A DNA stretch of 64,000 nucleotides from a bacterium (GCA_027624915.1 JAQBTR010000001.1:35609-99608), one strand, 5' to 3'. Shown: positions 28,375-38,278, numbered from the stretch's first letter. Program-made: numbers and translations. The notes: a model not told the origin generated them from the sequence alone.

Positions 28375-30321
28375 TTAACCAGGGAAGTTTGGAATATTTA
28401 TTCCTGATGTTGGGTCTTCCCGTCTTTTGCGCCCAAGGACTACGAGTATGATTACTAATATTACAATCATACCGGCTCCCGTAAGTCCAAGTGTGGTTGA
28501 GTTAAAGAAGCTGGGAGCCTTTTCTTGTTCTGGGAGATTCAGTCCGATTTTACCAAGTTCAATAGCTTGCGCCTCTTTTACGAATGGTACCGGGCTACCT
28601 TTGGCAACAATTCCACCTCGTGCATCTGTAATTGCTACATATATTTCATGATTTCCTTTATCTAATTCTCGGTCAAGTTCATACACCCAGTTACCATCGG
28701 CGTCAGTTTCAACCGTTACAATTATTGGTGTCGAAAAGAAGTAAAGTGTAACAATGCTATTTGGCGGACCCGTACCCTTAAATATAAACGACGACGGTTC
28801 GTATGTATCTGCAGGAATCGGACCTGGCGTAACCTCGTCTACTGAGAAAAGCTCTGGTTTTTCCTCACCTCTCTGTCTTGGGTCATGATAAATAATCCCA
28901 GACTCCCTTAAAAGAAGTGATGGATTGGTAGGGTTAATACCCCTTAGAAGTTCTTCCTTGTCCTTCATACCATCTCCATCTGTATCATCTGATTCTGGGT
29001 CTGTTCCATAAAAGTAGACTTCGTCGTAATCTGTTATGCTGTCGCCATCTTTGTCTACTGTTTGTGACGCGCGCTCCGCAAAAATTGTGTCAGAAAGTGC
29101 CACCCGTTCTTTTGTTGTGGGTTTTTCAACAATCTGAGAAATCCTTTCTTCGCTTTGCGCTTCACGTATAACATCTACGAGAGAGATAACTTTTACAATC
29201 CAGTCCTGTGACACCCATCCATCTGGCGAAGAGTCAAAGTCCACCTGCCACCATGTGAGGTTAGCCGCACTTCTTGGCCCCCCAGTAATATTTCCTTCGG
29301 CTCCCTTCAGCTGCGCTCGTATGATTGTTGATTTTTCGGTTGATGGAGTACTACGAACATTGACTATGTCGAGCGCGCGTACACGATCCCCGAGTGCAAA
29401 AATTATTTGAGTTGTTGGGATTGTTGGTGCGCCCGTTGTAGTTACTGGCTTAGGGGGTGGTGGAGTCACAACCGGTGGAGGTGGTGGCGCTGGGTCTTCT
29501 ATGCCAGTGGGTGGAGGTGGAGTTCCGGTTGTGCCAGATGGGGGTGGCACTATTTCAGGAGCCTCTTTTATACTAAATGACCATATGGAGCCAAGCTTTA
29601 CTTCACCATCTGTTAGATGAGTAACAATTCGCCAGTAGTAGGTCGTATTATATTCAAGAAGTCCAGGATTATAGTTAGTGTTCACATAATTATTTACTAC
29701 AAGTTGAGGCGGGCTAATTTTTCCAAAAAATACATCGTAGTAGGATGCGTTGTTAGCGCTCCAGTTGAGTTCCACATTACGAATTAAATTGTCGGCACCA
29801 TCCGCAGGCCCAGCATTTACTGCCGGTCCAGATGTACCACCGCTTGGAGGTGGAGGTGTTGGCGATGGAGGTGTTGGATCTGGTGGTGGTTCACTTCCAC
29901 CATCTGCCGCGACATCAAACACCACCTGATCTTCATTTACAAAAACATCATCATCGCTACCACTATTATAATTTCCATTTATTCCATGGTTATAGCATTT
30001 TACGCCAGCAGTTATATTTCCGCTGGTGTTCATTACCATTTTGTATGCGCCGACCAGACTAAGATTTGTAACTGGAATTCTCCAGCTGTTGCCTCCGAAT
30101 TGGTAGAGGACATCGTCTCCATCGGCGATACAAAAATCTATAGTACTTCCAGCGGTAAGGGTAACACTCCAACGGTACTCCACAATCTCATTTTCTTTGA
30201 TGCTCGTTGGGTTATCACTTCCATTGACAAGAAAATCGACGGTGCTTTGAGCCTGCACACTGCTAGCAACCGCAAAAAATGCCAAACTGACTAAAACGAT
30301 GTATTTGAATTTTAAAATCAT
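28375..30321 (-). CDS. Multidomain surface protein with Pro/Thr linkers
   Basis: Signal peptide; FN3-like YYWRI; SH3b-like NVRSTP..WWQVDF..GWVS; DxDGD Ca-binding repeats; Ig-like domain; C-terminal TM plus basic tail. Confidence 0.8.
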   Translation of the reverse strand: MILKFKYIVLVSLAFFAVASSVQAQSTVDFLVNGSDNPTSIKENEIVEYRWSVTLTAGSTIDFCIADGDDVLYQFGGNSWRIPVTNLSLVGAYKMVMNTSGNITAGVKCYNHGINGNYNSGSDDDVFVNEDQVVFDVAADGGSEPPPDPTPPSPTPPPPSGGTSGPAVNAGPADGADNLIRNVELNWSANNASYYDVFFGKISPPQLVVNNYVNTNYNPGLLEYNTTYYWRIVTHLTDGEVKLGSIWSFSIKEAPEIVPPPSGTTGTPPPPTGIEDPAPPPPPVVTPPPPKPVTTTGAPTIPTTQIIFALGDRVRALDIVNVRSTPSTEKSTIIRAQLKGAEGNITGGPRSAANLTWWQVDFDSSPDGWVSQDWIVKVISLVDVIREAQSEERISQIVEKPTTKERVALSDTIFAERASQTVDKDGDSITDYDEVYFYGTDPESDDTDGDGMKDKEELLRGINPTNPSLLLRESGIIYHDPRQRGEEKPELFSVDEVTPGPIPADTYEPSSFIFKGTGPPNSIVTLYFFSTPIIVTVETDADGNWVYELDRELDKGNHEIYVAITDARGGIVAKGSPVPFVKEAQAIELGKIGLNLPEQEKAPSFFNSTTLGLTGAGMIVILVIILVVLGRKRREDPTSGINIPNFPG

Positions 30322-30366
30322 AGGGTTTTAAAAATTAATTAAATATGATATCTTATCTACTATTAT

Positions 30367-30957
30367 ATGATACATCCACGAGAAGAAAAAACATTTATCA
30401 TGGTAAAACCCGACGGAGTACGTCGAGGTCTTACAGGTGAGATAATTAAGCGAATAGAGCAGCGAAACCTCAAGATTATAGCTCTTGAAATGGACAGTCC
30501 CTCAAAGGACAAATTTGATGGTCATTATCCAAAAGATCCAAAATGGATCAAACGAGTAGGTGAAAAAACCCTTACTACGTATGCAAAATATGGATTTGAT
30601 GCAAAAAGAGAGCTTGGGACTGACAAGACCGAGGAGATTGGTCCTATGGTTCGAGAGTGGCTTTTGGACTTCATGACATCTGGTCCAGTGGTGCGTATGG
30701 TTGTTGAGGGCGTACACGCTGTTGACATGGTACGAAAGATAGTTGGTGATACTATGCCTGCAAAGGCCGAGATGGGTACTATTCGAGGAGATTTTTCTGC
30801 AGACAGTGCAGCATCAGCCAATCGTGATAAGCGTGCCGTACATAACCTAGTTCATGCGTCTGAAACCCCAGAAGAAGCAGAACACGAAATCGGATATTGG
30901 TTTGAAAAAGGCAGTGTGTATACCTACAAGCGAACAGATGAAAATCTCACTCATTGA
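30367..30957 (+). CDS. ndk: Nucleoside diphosphate kinase
   Basis: TFIMVKPDGV, MTSGPV, GTIRGDF, NLVHAS. Confidence 0.95.
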   Translation: MIHPREEKTFIMVKPDGVRRGLTGEIIKRIEQRNLKIIALEMDSPSKDKFDGHYPKDPKWIKRVGEKTLTTYAKYGFDAKRELGTDKTEEIGPMVREWLLDFMTSGPVVRMVVEGVHAVDMVRKIVGDTMPAKAEMGTIRGDFSADSAASANRDKRAVHNLVHASETPEEAEHEIGYWFEKGSVYTYKRTDENLTH

Positions 30958-30966
30958 AAATTTTTT

Positions 30967-31347
30967 GTGATAAGAATAGTAGTTTTTACAATAATTCTTG
31001 CGGCAATTCTAACGGCGCATAGTTATATTGTCGATCATAATCTTTATAACGAAATTTGGTGGCTTGATATGGTCCTCCACTCTCTCGGTGGGTTATTGGC
31101 GAGCTCAGTGTTTGTTACCTTTTTAAGGCCAAAGAATTATTGGCCCCTTTTTGGTTTTATTTTTCTCGTTGCTGCTGCGTGGGAGCTATTAGAATTTTTT
31201 ATAGATGTTCCATTTTTTGGTGGCGGTCCCATACGTCTTTCCGATCCGATTTGGGCGCTCGATATGCTTTCTGATATGGCAATAGCGCTAAGCGCGTCAT
31301 TCCTTTTATGGCTCGCATATTGTCTATATAATAAAAGTAATGTCTAA
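30967..31347 (+). CDS. Membrane protein (four TM)
   Basis: WWLDMVLHSLGG, WELLEF, D..SD motifs. Confidence 0.7.
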   Translation: MIRIVVFTIILAAILTAHSYIVDHNLYNEIWWLDMVLHSLGGLLASSVFVTFLRPKNYWPLFGFIFLVAAAWELLEFFIDVPFFGGGPIRLSDPIWALDMLSDMAIALSASFLLWLAYCLYNKSNV

Positions 31348-32692
31348 ACTTACTTTTTATGGGGGTGCGCAAGAAGTAACTGGTGCGAATTATCTACTAG
31401 AGACTGACGGAGGAGCTAAGATATTAATTGATTGTGGGCTATTCCAATGTCCTGGATTTTGTCGCTCTCTTAATCAAGATAAGTTTGAATATGACCCAGC
31501 AGAAGTAGACGCTCTTTTTGTAACGCATGGTCACATTGATCACTTGGGACGAGTACCAAAGCTCGTTCACGAAGGCTTTAAAGGAAAGATCTATTCTACC
31601 CCACCAACAAAAGACTTTGGTGCAATCATGCTCGAAGATAGCATGGGTATTTTGGGTAAGGAAGCAGAGCGTGAAAAACGAAAACCCATTTACGACCTTA
31701 ATGATGTAGAAGCTACCAAAAAATTATGGGAGGGAATTCCGTATGGTGAGTCGGTTACAACTAAGGACGTGACGGTAACGGTACGAAATGCGGGTCATAT
31801 TTTAGGCTCGGCTATCTACGAGTTTAAGGTGGCCGACAAAAAACTAGTCTTTACAGGAGATTTGGGCAATACTCCGATGCCTCTTTTGCCTCCACCTGAC
31901 AAGGTAACAGGAGCTGATTACCTAGTGATTGAGTCGGCATATGGAGATAGAGAGCATGAAGACATAACCGAAAGAAAGGGTAAGCTAGAGGGGGCAATCG
32001 AAGATGTAGTAAAACGTAATGGTACTCTTATAATTCCTTCGTTTGCACTTGAACGAACACAAGAGATTTTGTTTGAACTCAATGATCTTGTTGAAAATGG
32101 CCGTATACCACGGGTTCCTATATTTATAGATAGTCCACTCGCAATTAAGGCAACGACCGTGTACAAAAAGTACGAAAATTATTTTAGTAAAAGCGCTCAA
32201 AATATCATCAAGTCGGGGGATGACTTATTTAAGTTTCCTGGTCTTCATATGACACTAAAGACCGAGCAGTCAAAAGCGATCAAGGATCAAAAGGGTTCAA
32301 AGATAATTTTGGCAGGAGCTGGGATGATGCATGGCGGCCGTATAGTACATCACGCTCGTGAATATCTACCAGGAAAAGATAATATGATTTTGTTTATTGG
32401 ATATCAGGCGGCAGGTTCTCCAGGGCGTCGAATTTTAGAGGGAGAAAAAGAGGTTCGAATCACAGGGGAGATGGTGCCGGTTCGTGCAGAGGTTCGAAAA
32501 ATCAGAGGGTATTCGGCACATGCAGATACTAATGCTCTGTTTGAATTTATCCAGAACAACGCAGAAACTCTCAAAAAGGTCTTTGTCGTACAGGGAGAGG
32601 CCAAAGCATCACTGTTTTTGGCCCAGCGAGCAAGAGACCATCTCGGGTTAGATGCAATAGCGCCTGAGCTTGGGTACAGTTTTGAATTTTAA
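31340..32692 (+). CDS. MBL/beta-CASP ribonuclease
   Basis: THGHIDH, AGHILG, ESAYG, GYQA, YSAHAD. Confidence 0.92.
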   Translation: MSKLTFYGGAQEVTGANYLLETDGGAKILIDCGLFQCPGFCRSLNQDKFEYDPAEVDALFVTHGHIDHLGRVPKLVHEGFKGKIYSTPPTKDFGAIMLEDSMGILGKEAEREKRKPIYDLNDVEATKKLWEGIPYGESVTTKDVTVTVRNAGHILGSAIYEFKVADKKLVFTGDLGNTPMPLLPPPDKVTGADYLVIESAYGDREHEDITERKGKLEGAIEDVVKRNGTLIIPSFALERTQEILFELNDLVENGRIPRVPIFIDSPLAIKATTVYKKYENYFSKSAQNIIKSGDDLFKFPGLHMTLKTEQSKAIKDQKGSKIILAGAGMMHGGRIVHHAREYLPGKDNMILFIGYQAAGSPGRRILEGEKEVRITGEMVPVRAEVRKIRGYSAHADTNALFEFIQNNAETLKKVFVVQGEAKASLFLAQRARDHLGLDAIAPELGYSFEF

Positions 32693-32765
32693 AGAACTAA
32701 TACCCTTTTTATTATGACCTTCGTAGTGCCTAGAGAACATAAAAAGGTTCTGATATACTAGCGCT

Positions 32766-33344
32766 ATGAGTGACAAACACATACACCATAAGCTAAAGTT
32801 TTGCGTTTCAGGGGCGGCAGAAACCGGCATGTGCTCTGAGAATGCACTTGAAAATGGTAAGACGATTGGGCGTGAGATAGCTAAGATGGGTGCGGTACTT
32901 GTTAATGGTGCGACGAGTGGATTTCCATATTGGGCAGCAATTGGAGCAAAAGAAGCTGGTGGGTTTACTATTGGTATTTCTCCAGCAGAATCAGAGCGAG
33001 AGCATGTTGACCGTTACAAGCTTCCACTCGATTATATGGATATGGTTGTTTATACAGGCATGGGATACTCGGCACGTAACTTACTTCTTACACGAACTGC
33101 AGATGCCGTTATTATTGGATGCGGAAGAATAGGGACGCTTAACGAGTTTACTGTTGCATTCGAAGACGGCAAGCCAATAGGAATACTTGAAGAAGATGGC
33201 GGTACTACAAACCTTCTTGATGAAATAATTGAGGCTTCACATCGTTCACAAGATAATCCAAATATAGTTTTTGAAAAAGATCCAAAAATTCTTCTAAAAA
33301 AGCTAACAGAACTTGTAGAAAAAGGCAAAGTTAAAAAGGATTAA
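32766..33344 (+). CDS. LOG/SLOG family protein
   Basis: GAKEAGG..IGISP, RNLLL, GTLNE. Confidence 0.85.
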   Translation: MSDKHIHHKLKFCVSGAAETGMCSENALENGKTIGREIAKMGAVLVNGATSGFPYWAAIGAKEAGGFTIGISPAESEREHVDRYKLPLDYMDMVVYTGMGYSARNLLLTRTADAVIIGCGRIGTLNEFTVAFEDGKPIGILEEDGGTTNLLDEIIEASHRSQDNPNIVFEKDPKILLKKLTELVEKGKVKKD

Positions 33345-33349
33345 TTACT

Positions 33350-34444
33350 ATGCGCTCCCTTAAGGCGGCAGGGCTGTTAATAGGGATGATTGTTGGGGCA
33401 GGAATCTTTGCCCTTCCTTTTGCTGTCTTTCGCGGGGGACTATACTGGTCTTTGTTTCATTTTGCTCTGGCAATTTCTATTGTTACTGTCCTACATCTTC
33501 TGTATGGAAAGATGTTCTATGACCATCGTTCGCGACATCATTTACCAGGTTACGTTAAGCAATATTATGGAAAGTATGCTAGTAGATTAGTTGTTGTATC
33601 GAGGCTGTTGAGTTACTACGGCTATCTCTTGGCGTACAGCGTACTTGGAGGAATTTTCTTGTCCAATGTACTACCTGTTGGAAAAAAGACTCTTACTATA
33701 ATAATTTTTTTGGTATTATCTCCTGTTGTATACGCTAATCTGCGCAAGGCCGGGTCAATTAACTTTTTTCTGACTATACCTCTTGTGGCATTCCCAGTAC
33801 TACTCTTTTTAGTACTAGCACCAGAACTGTCCTTTAAGGATGTTCCTTTGATGGCTACAGGCTCTGACTGGTTCTTCCCATACGGTGTCTTTTTGTTTGC
33901 CCTGAGTGGGGCATCTGTCATACCAGAGGTGGTAAACATACTTGGAAAATATGAAAGGAAACATTTTTCTAAGGTTATCATTGGTAGCGCCATTGTTGTC
34001 TCTTTAATTTACTTTTTATACATAGCATCTATATTGGGGATTGCTGGCGGAGAGGTATCTAGCGACAGCTTGTCTGTGCTTGCCTCTCAGGGCAGTCTTC
34101 TTCTTGGTATAGGCTCCTTGATAGGCCTCTTGGCTATTGTTACGTCCTTTATAGCGCTTGGTCTTGAGCTACGTCTCACGTTTCAATACGATCTTCGTTT
34201 CAAGCGTTTACATGCGTGGCTTCTAACAGTTTCAATTCCACTCGGATTGTTTTTGCTCGGGCTTAATGACTTTGTTTTAATTATAGGAATCATTGGTGCG
34301 ATTGGTATTGGTATCGAGGGTACGTTCATAGTACTTTTGAGTCACAAAATTAGTAAGACTAACATAGCCCTAGTCGCAACGCTCATAGGAATTTTTGCGC
34401 TAGGCGCTCTATTTGAAATTGCCACTGTTGTTGGTATTCTCTAA
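33350..34444 (+). CDS. Aromatic amino acid permease family transporter
   Basis: IGMIVGAGIFALP, FALSG.SVIPE, TSFI. Confidence 0.85.
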   Translation: MRSLKAAGLLIGMIVGAGIFALPFAVFRGGLYWSLFHFALAISIVTVLHLLYGKMFYDHRSRHHLPGYVKQYYGKYASRLVVVSRLLSYYGYLLAYSVLGGIFLSNVLPVGKKTLTIIIFLVLSPVVYANLRKAGSINFFLTIPLVAFPVLLFLVLAPELSFKDVPLMATGSDWFFPYGVFLFALSGASVIPEVVNILGKYERKHFSKVIIGSAIVVSLIYFLYIASILGIAGGEVSSDSLSVLASQGSLLLGIGSLIGLLAIVTSFIALGLELRLTFQYDLRFKRLHAWLLTVSIPLGLFLLGLNDFVLIIGIIGAIGIGIEGTFIVLLSHKISKTNIALVATLIGIFALGALFEIATVVGIL

Positions 34445-34446
34445 CA

Positions 34447-34995
34447 ATGGATAAAAAATTAGAGCTCGGTCGGCTTGCTTCCAAAATGCAGACCGCCAAG
34501 CTTCCTCTAAAAACAAATTTGGTTTTTGGTGAGGGCTCACCCGAGGCTCAAGTTTTATTTATTGGTGAGGCACCGGGTGCAAAAGAAGATTTACTTGGTC
34601 GACCGTTTGTTGGTCGAAGTGGTGAACTCCTTACAAAAACAATTGAGGAGATTGGCTGGAAACGCGAAGATGTTTACATAACGAACATTGTAAAACGAAG
34701 ACCTCCTGAAAATCGTGACCCCTCGCCTGAGGAAATCGAAGCCTACACTCCCTATTTAGCCAAACAAATTGAAATAATCAATCCAAAAATTATTGTAACT
34801 CTCGGGCGCTTCGCTACGAATTATTTTTTACCAGAATTAAAAATAAGCAAAGATCAGGGTAGTGTGTTCAAATATGAGGGGAGGACGATTATCCCTCAAT
34901 TTCATCCAGCTGCGGCCCTACGGGGAACAACCGTAAAAAATAAATTTCGTAAAAGTTTTGCTAAGCTTCCAAGACTTATCAAAAAGATTTCCTAA
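34447..34995 (+). CDS. udg: Uracil-DNA glycosylase family 4
   Basis: GEAPG..ED..GRPFVGRSG, RPPENR, HPAA. Confidence 0.93.
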   Translation: MDKKLELGRLASKMQTAKLPLKTNLVFGEGSPEAQVLFIGEAPGAKEDLLGRPFVGRSGELLTKTIEEIGWKREDVYITNIVKRRPPENRDPSPEEIEAYTPYLAKQIEIINPKIIVTLGRFATNYFLPELKISKDQGSVFKYEGRTIIPQFHPAAALRGTTVKNKFRKSFAKLPRLIKKIS

Positions 34996-35045
34996 GAGTA
35001 CTCAACTTTTAAAAATTAAAGAATAGACTTACTATAAAAAATAAT

Positions 35046-35666
35046 ATGAAACTATCAGTAAACAACGTTATAAAAATTCTTCTCGGTTTTCTTTTTGTGC
35101 TCAATGTTAGTGATGGATTGTTTACGCCAATCATTGCTGTTTTTGTTGGCAACACAATTTTAGGAGCCTCACTTTCTACAGTTGGTTTTTCTATAGCAAT
35201 ATATTCAATCTCAAAATCTATTGTTCAGATTCCTGTAGCTCGTTGGTTGGATACTCAGATAACTGAAAGAATTGATTTTTATGTTTTGCTCACAGGGGTT
35301 GTTATCGGAATTGTATTTCCCCTTGCTCTCATCTTTACAACAACAATCACAATGCTCTATCTTCTTTTTGCCCTTACCTGTGTTGGGGCTGCATGTTTAA
35401 TGGCGTCATTCTATGCGCTCTTTAATGATCATATAGATAAAGACAGGGCGAGTTATGAGTGGAGTTTGTTTAGTGTTGGTGGCTTAACAATCTCTTCTGC
35501 GATAGGTGGCGCTGTCGGCGGTGTAATTGCAGATTACTATGGGTTCAAAACTTTGTTTCTTATAAGTGCGATTCTTTATGCTGTTGGTGGCTCCATACTT
35601 TTGTTTTTGTACCCCCATATTTCTAAGTTCAGAATTCCAAAAGTTTTATCTGCTGAGACTAGCTAA
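35046..35666 (+). CDS. Half-size (about six TM) MFS-like protein
   Basis: Hydrophobic profile, PVARWLD, GGVIAD..GF. Confidence 0.7.
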   Translation: MKLSVNNVIKILLGFLFVLNVSDGLFTPIIAVFVGNTILGASLSTVGFSIAIYSISKSIVQIPVARWLDTQITERIDFYVLLTGVVIGIVFPLALIFTTTITMLYLLFALTCVGAACLMASFYALFNDHIDKDRASYEWSLFSVGGLTISSAIGGAVGGVIADYYGFKTLFLISAILYAVGGSILLFLYPHISKFRIPKVLSAETS

Positions 35667-35672
35667 AGAATT

Positions 35673-35708
35673 AAAAAAACCCCTGAGCTTTGCCCAAGGG
35701 GTTTTTTT
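35673..35708. terminator. Intrinsic terminator
   Basis: A7-CCCC...GGGG-T7. Confidence 0.7.
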
Positions 35709-35939
35709 AAAAAAGAAAATACACCAATGATACGGTGCATCGCTTTTAAAAATAGAAAAAATTAAGACCCGCACGCTGGCAGGTCTTTACGAGAGAGATA
35801 AATTGTCCAAGGTTCAGGAGAGGAGAGTGACGAAAGAGAAAGAGAGTTTAATGTGATGCAGGAGCATCGGGTCTAAGGTTGAGAGCCAACGGGCTCTCCT
35901 CTTCTTGTGTCACTTTGCCTCTGTCGAAGTTCTGATACT

Positions 35940-35968
35940 AGTATAAGATGTGGCTCATGAAGTCTCAA
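35940..35968 (-). promoter_or_regulatory. Consensus-like promoter not followed by a long ORF
   Basis: TTGAGA-N17-TATACT on the minus strand. Confidence 0.6.
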
Positions 35969-36171
35969 TAGATTTTAAAAAAATCCCTGTGGAAAACATT
36001 CAAAATAAAATAAAAAGTATACAATTAGGTATTTTTGTTCATTATAAATCTTGCACTAATACCAAATATGTGTTAGGGTGCAGGTAAGCGTGTCTCGTTT
36101 GAACCGCATGGTTAACCTCTTCGGGAGAGATTATAAAGAAGTTTCAGCCGTGCTCGAGCGCCACATTATCT

Positions 36172-36672
36172 ATGGAAAACAAAAAAGTAAAAGTAGAACG
36201 GTCTGCTGGTGCCGTTGTGTTTCGTAAACAAGGAAGAAGAATTCTTTACCTGCTTTTGCAACACATGCGTGGTCACTGGGCATTTCCAAAGGGTCACATA
36301 GAAGAGGGTGAAAAACCAGTTGAAGCGGCCCGACGTGAAATAAAAGAAGAAACTGGAATTGGTCGCATTCGTTTTTTGCAGGGATATAAAGAAAATATTC
36401 GTTTTCGTTTTCAGTGGCCACCGAAATCACTTGACGCAGAGTCACGTTTGAAGTTTGTTGTGTTTTACCTCGGCCAGGTTTTTACTCGTGACGTAGTTAT
36501 CTCCGAAGAGCATAAAGATTTTCAGTGGGTTCCCTATGAAAAGGCAATGAAAATATTAAAGCATAAAAATGTTCGAGAGCTGCTCACAAAAGCTCACGAA
36601 TTAGTTACTAAAAAACCAGCTCCAGAAATAGTAAGAAAACCACCGATACAACACAAGAAAGAATCAAAATAA
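36172..36672 (+). CDS. NUDIX hydrolase (Ap4A hydrolase-like)
   Basis: SAGAVV, HWAFPKGH..GE...AARREIKEETG, EEH. Confidence 0.92.
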   Translation: MENKKVKVERSAGAVVFRKQGRRILYLLLQHMRGHWAFPKGHIEEGEKPVEAARREIKEETGIGRIRFLQGYKENIRFRFQWPPKSLDAESRLKFVVFYLGQVFTRDVVISEEHKDFQWVPYEKAMKILKHKNVRELLTKAHELVTKKPAPEIVRKPPIQHKKESK

Positions 36673-36700
36673 AAAATCCTCCAGAGTTGGAGGATTTTTT
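36671..36700. terminator. Bidirectional terminator
   Basis: AAAAAATCCTCCA-GAGT-TGGAGGATTTTTT. Confidence 0.85.
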
Positions 36701-37064
36701 ATTTTGCCTCAACAGGTTCTTTGGTCACCTCTTCTACAATCGAATTGAAAATGTTTGGATGTTTTTGGGCAAGCTGTGAGAGAATCTTTCGGTCTAGTTT
36801 AATGTTCGCTTTTGTTAGCTGGTCTATGAGCTTGCTGTATGTGATACCTTGTGCGCGTGCTCCTGCATTAATTTTTATAGTCCAGAGACGTCGCATTGTT
36901 CGTTTCTTTTTTCGTCGGTCATTGAACGAATGTGTGTATGCGTGAAGAAGAGCTTCGCGTGCTGCGCGCTCTTTAGAACTTCGATCCCATCTAAACCCTT
37001 TTGTTTGTTTAAGGATTGAGCGACGTCGTTTTATTGAAGTTGTTCCTCGTTTAACTCGTGTCAT
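36699..37064 (-). CDS. rplT: 50S ribosomal protein L20
   Basis: MTRVKRG, DRRKKKR..RRLW, LDRKILS. Confidence 0.97.
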   Translation of the reverse strand: MTRVKRGTTSIKRRRSILKQTKGFRWDRSSKERAAREALLHAYTHSFNDRRKKKRTMRRLWTIKINAGARAQGITYSKLIDQLTKANIKLDRKILSQLAQKHPNIFNSIVEEVTKEPVEAK

Positions 37065-37070
37065 ATGTTA

Positions 37071-37259
37071 TTACGTACCTGGCAAATACCTTCTTTTTAT
37101 TTGTTCACCAAAATCAAATTCCTTCCAACCTTTGTTGGTGATTTGTTTGCTCCGACTTTTCTTTGCTTTGAAGTGATTAAGATGGGGAGTCCGTTTTAGA
37201 ACTTTCCCCGTCCGAGTCACTCGGAGTCGCTTGCTTGCTGATTTGTTTGTTTTTGGCAT
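37071..37259 (-). CDS. rpmI: 50S ribosomal protein L35 (start corrected to 37259)
   Basis: MPKTNKSASKRLRVT.TGKV; lies between infC and rplT. Confidence 0.9.
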   Translation of the reverse strand: MPKTNKSASKRLRVTRTGKVLKRTPHLNHFKAKKSRSKQITNKGWKEFDFGEQIKRRYLPGT

Positions 37260-37770
37260 GATCTGGCTCAATTGTTGTAAGAAGTCCTCGTGGTCCCTTT
37301 TTTGGTCCTTCACTAATTTTAAATGGAACAGTAATGGCTTCGAGTAGTTTTGTTATTCTACTCTCAATAAACTTTCTATCGAGATATTTTTCCCGTCCTC
37401 GCAAGGTCATCTGTACAAGTACGCGATGACCCTCTTTGAGAAATTCTTCAGCTCGTTTTGCTTTTAGCGTTAAGTCGTGTGCTCCAGTTCCAAGCCTCAC
37501 GCGTATTCCTTTTATTTCTACGTCATGAGATTTTTTCTTGGTCTTTCTGGCTTCTTTATCAAGTTGGTACTGATATTTACCCCAATCCATTATGCGCACA
37601 ACTGGTGGCTTTGCGGTTGGAGATATTTCGATGAGATCGAGATCGGCTTGCTGCGCCAACTCAAGCGCCTCCTTGGTTGGTTTAACGCCCAAATTTTCGC
37701 CTTCCGCTCCGATTACTCGGACCTCGGGTGCTGAAATCGCCTTATTAATTCGAGTTTTTTTCTGTACCAA
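37177..37770 (-). CDS. infC: Translation initiation factor IF-3 (TTG start, extended C-terminus)
   Basis: RIN..I...VRVI, DLIEI, PPVVRIMDWGKY.Y, RGRE. Confidence 0.95.
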   Translation of the reverse strand: MVQKKTRINKAISAPEVRVIGAEGENLGVKPTKEALELAQQADLDLIEISPTAKPPVVRIMDWGKYQYQLDKEARKTKKKSHDVEIKGIRVRLGTGAHDLTLKAKRAEEFLKEGHRVLVQMTLRGREKYLDRKFIESRITKLLEAITVPFKISEGPKKGPRGLLTTIEPDHAKNKQISKQATPSDSDGESSKTDSPS

Positions 37771-37852
37771 TGTTTTACTAGTCTACCTACTTTGACCCAA
37801 AAAGTCAAGCTATAGAGCACTAAAATAAAAGGCCTCCGAGCAAGGTCGGAGG

Positions 37853-38278
37853 CTAACTAAGGACCGGGTCTTCTTCTGGGCTTGGAAGGAGGGTCGCCTC
37901 ATTTTTGAAGGCCTCCCGAATTTGTCGTTCAAGCGGACTTCTGGACTTACCTCCAGCACCTGGATGGGTTCCAGGATAAAGCATGATGATTATCTTGAGG
38001 GATCCCTCAGGATTTCCCTTAGGATGCGACCCAAGAAAGATTGCAGCAACTTCGCTGATGCGAAAGAGCTCTTTAACGGACGCCGCAACTCTAGCGCTTG
38101 TCTGCTCTTCGATGTGCGAAAACTTTTCGGTGATTGGATTTACTTCGTCTGGAGCATCGATGTAGAGTTCTTTTTTTGGTCTCGAAAATTTACTCATGAG
38201 AAAGAAAAAGGCTGGTATATACTTATCTCGTGCCGCGAGTGTGAGTGCACCTTTTTCGGACATTCCGATTATTGGCAT
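37853..38278 (-). CDS. Hypothetical protein
   Basis: Own promoter TTGACT-N17-TATACT, SD AGGAGG and downstream hairpin. Confidence 0.6.
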   Translation of the reverse strand: MPIIGMSEKGALTLAARDKYIPAFFFLMSKFSRPKKELYIDAPDEVNPITEKFSHIEEQTSARVAASVKELFRISEVAAIFLGSHPKGNPEGSLKIIIMLYPGTHPGAGGKSRSPLERQIREAFKNEATLLPSPEEDPVLS

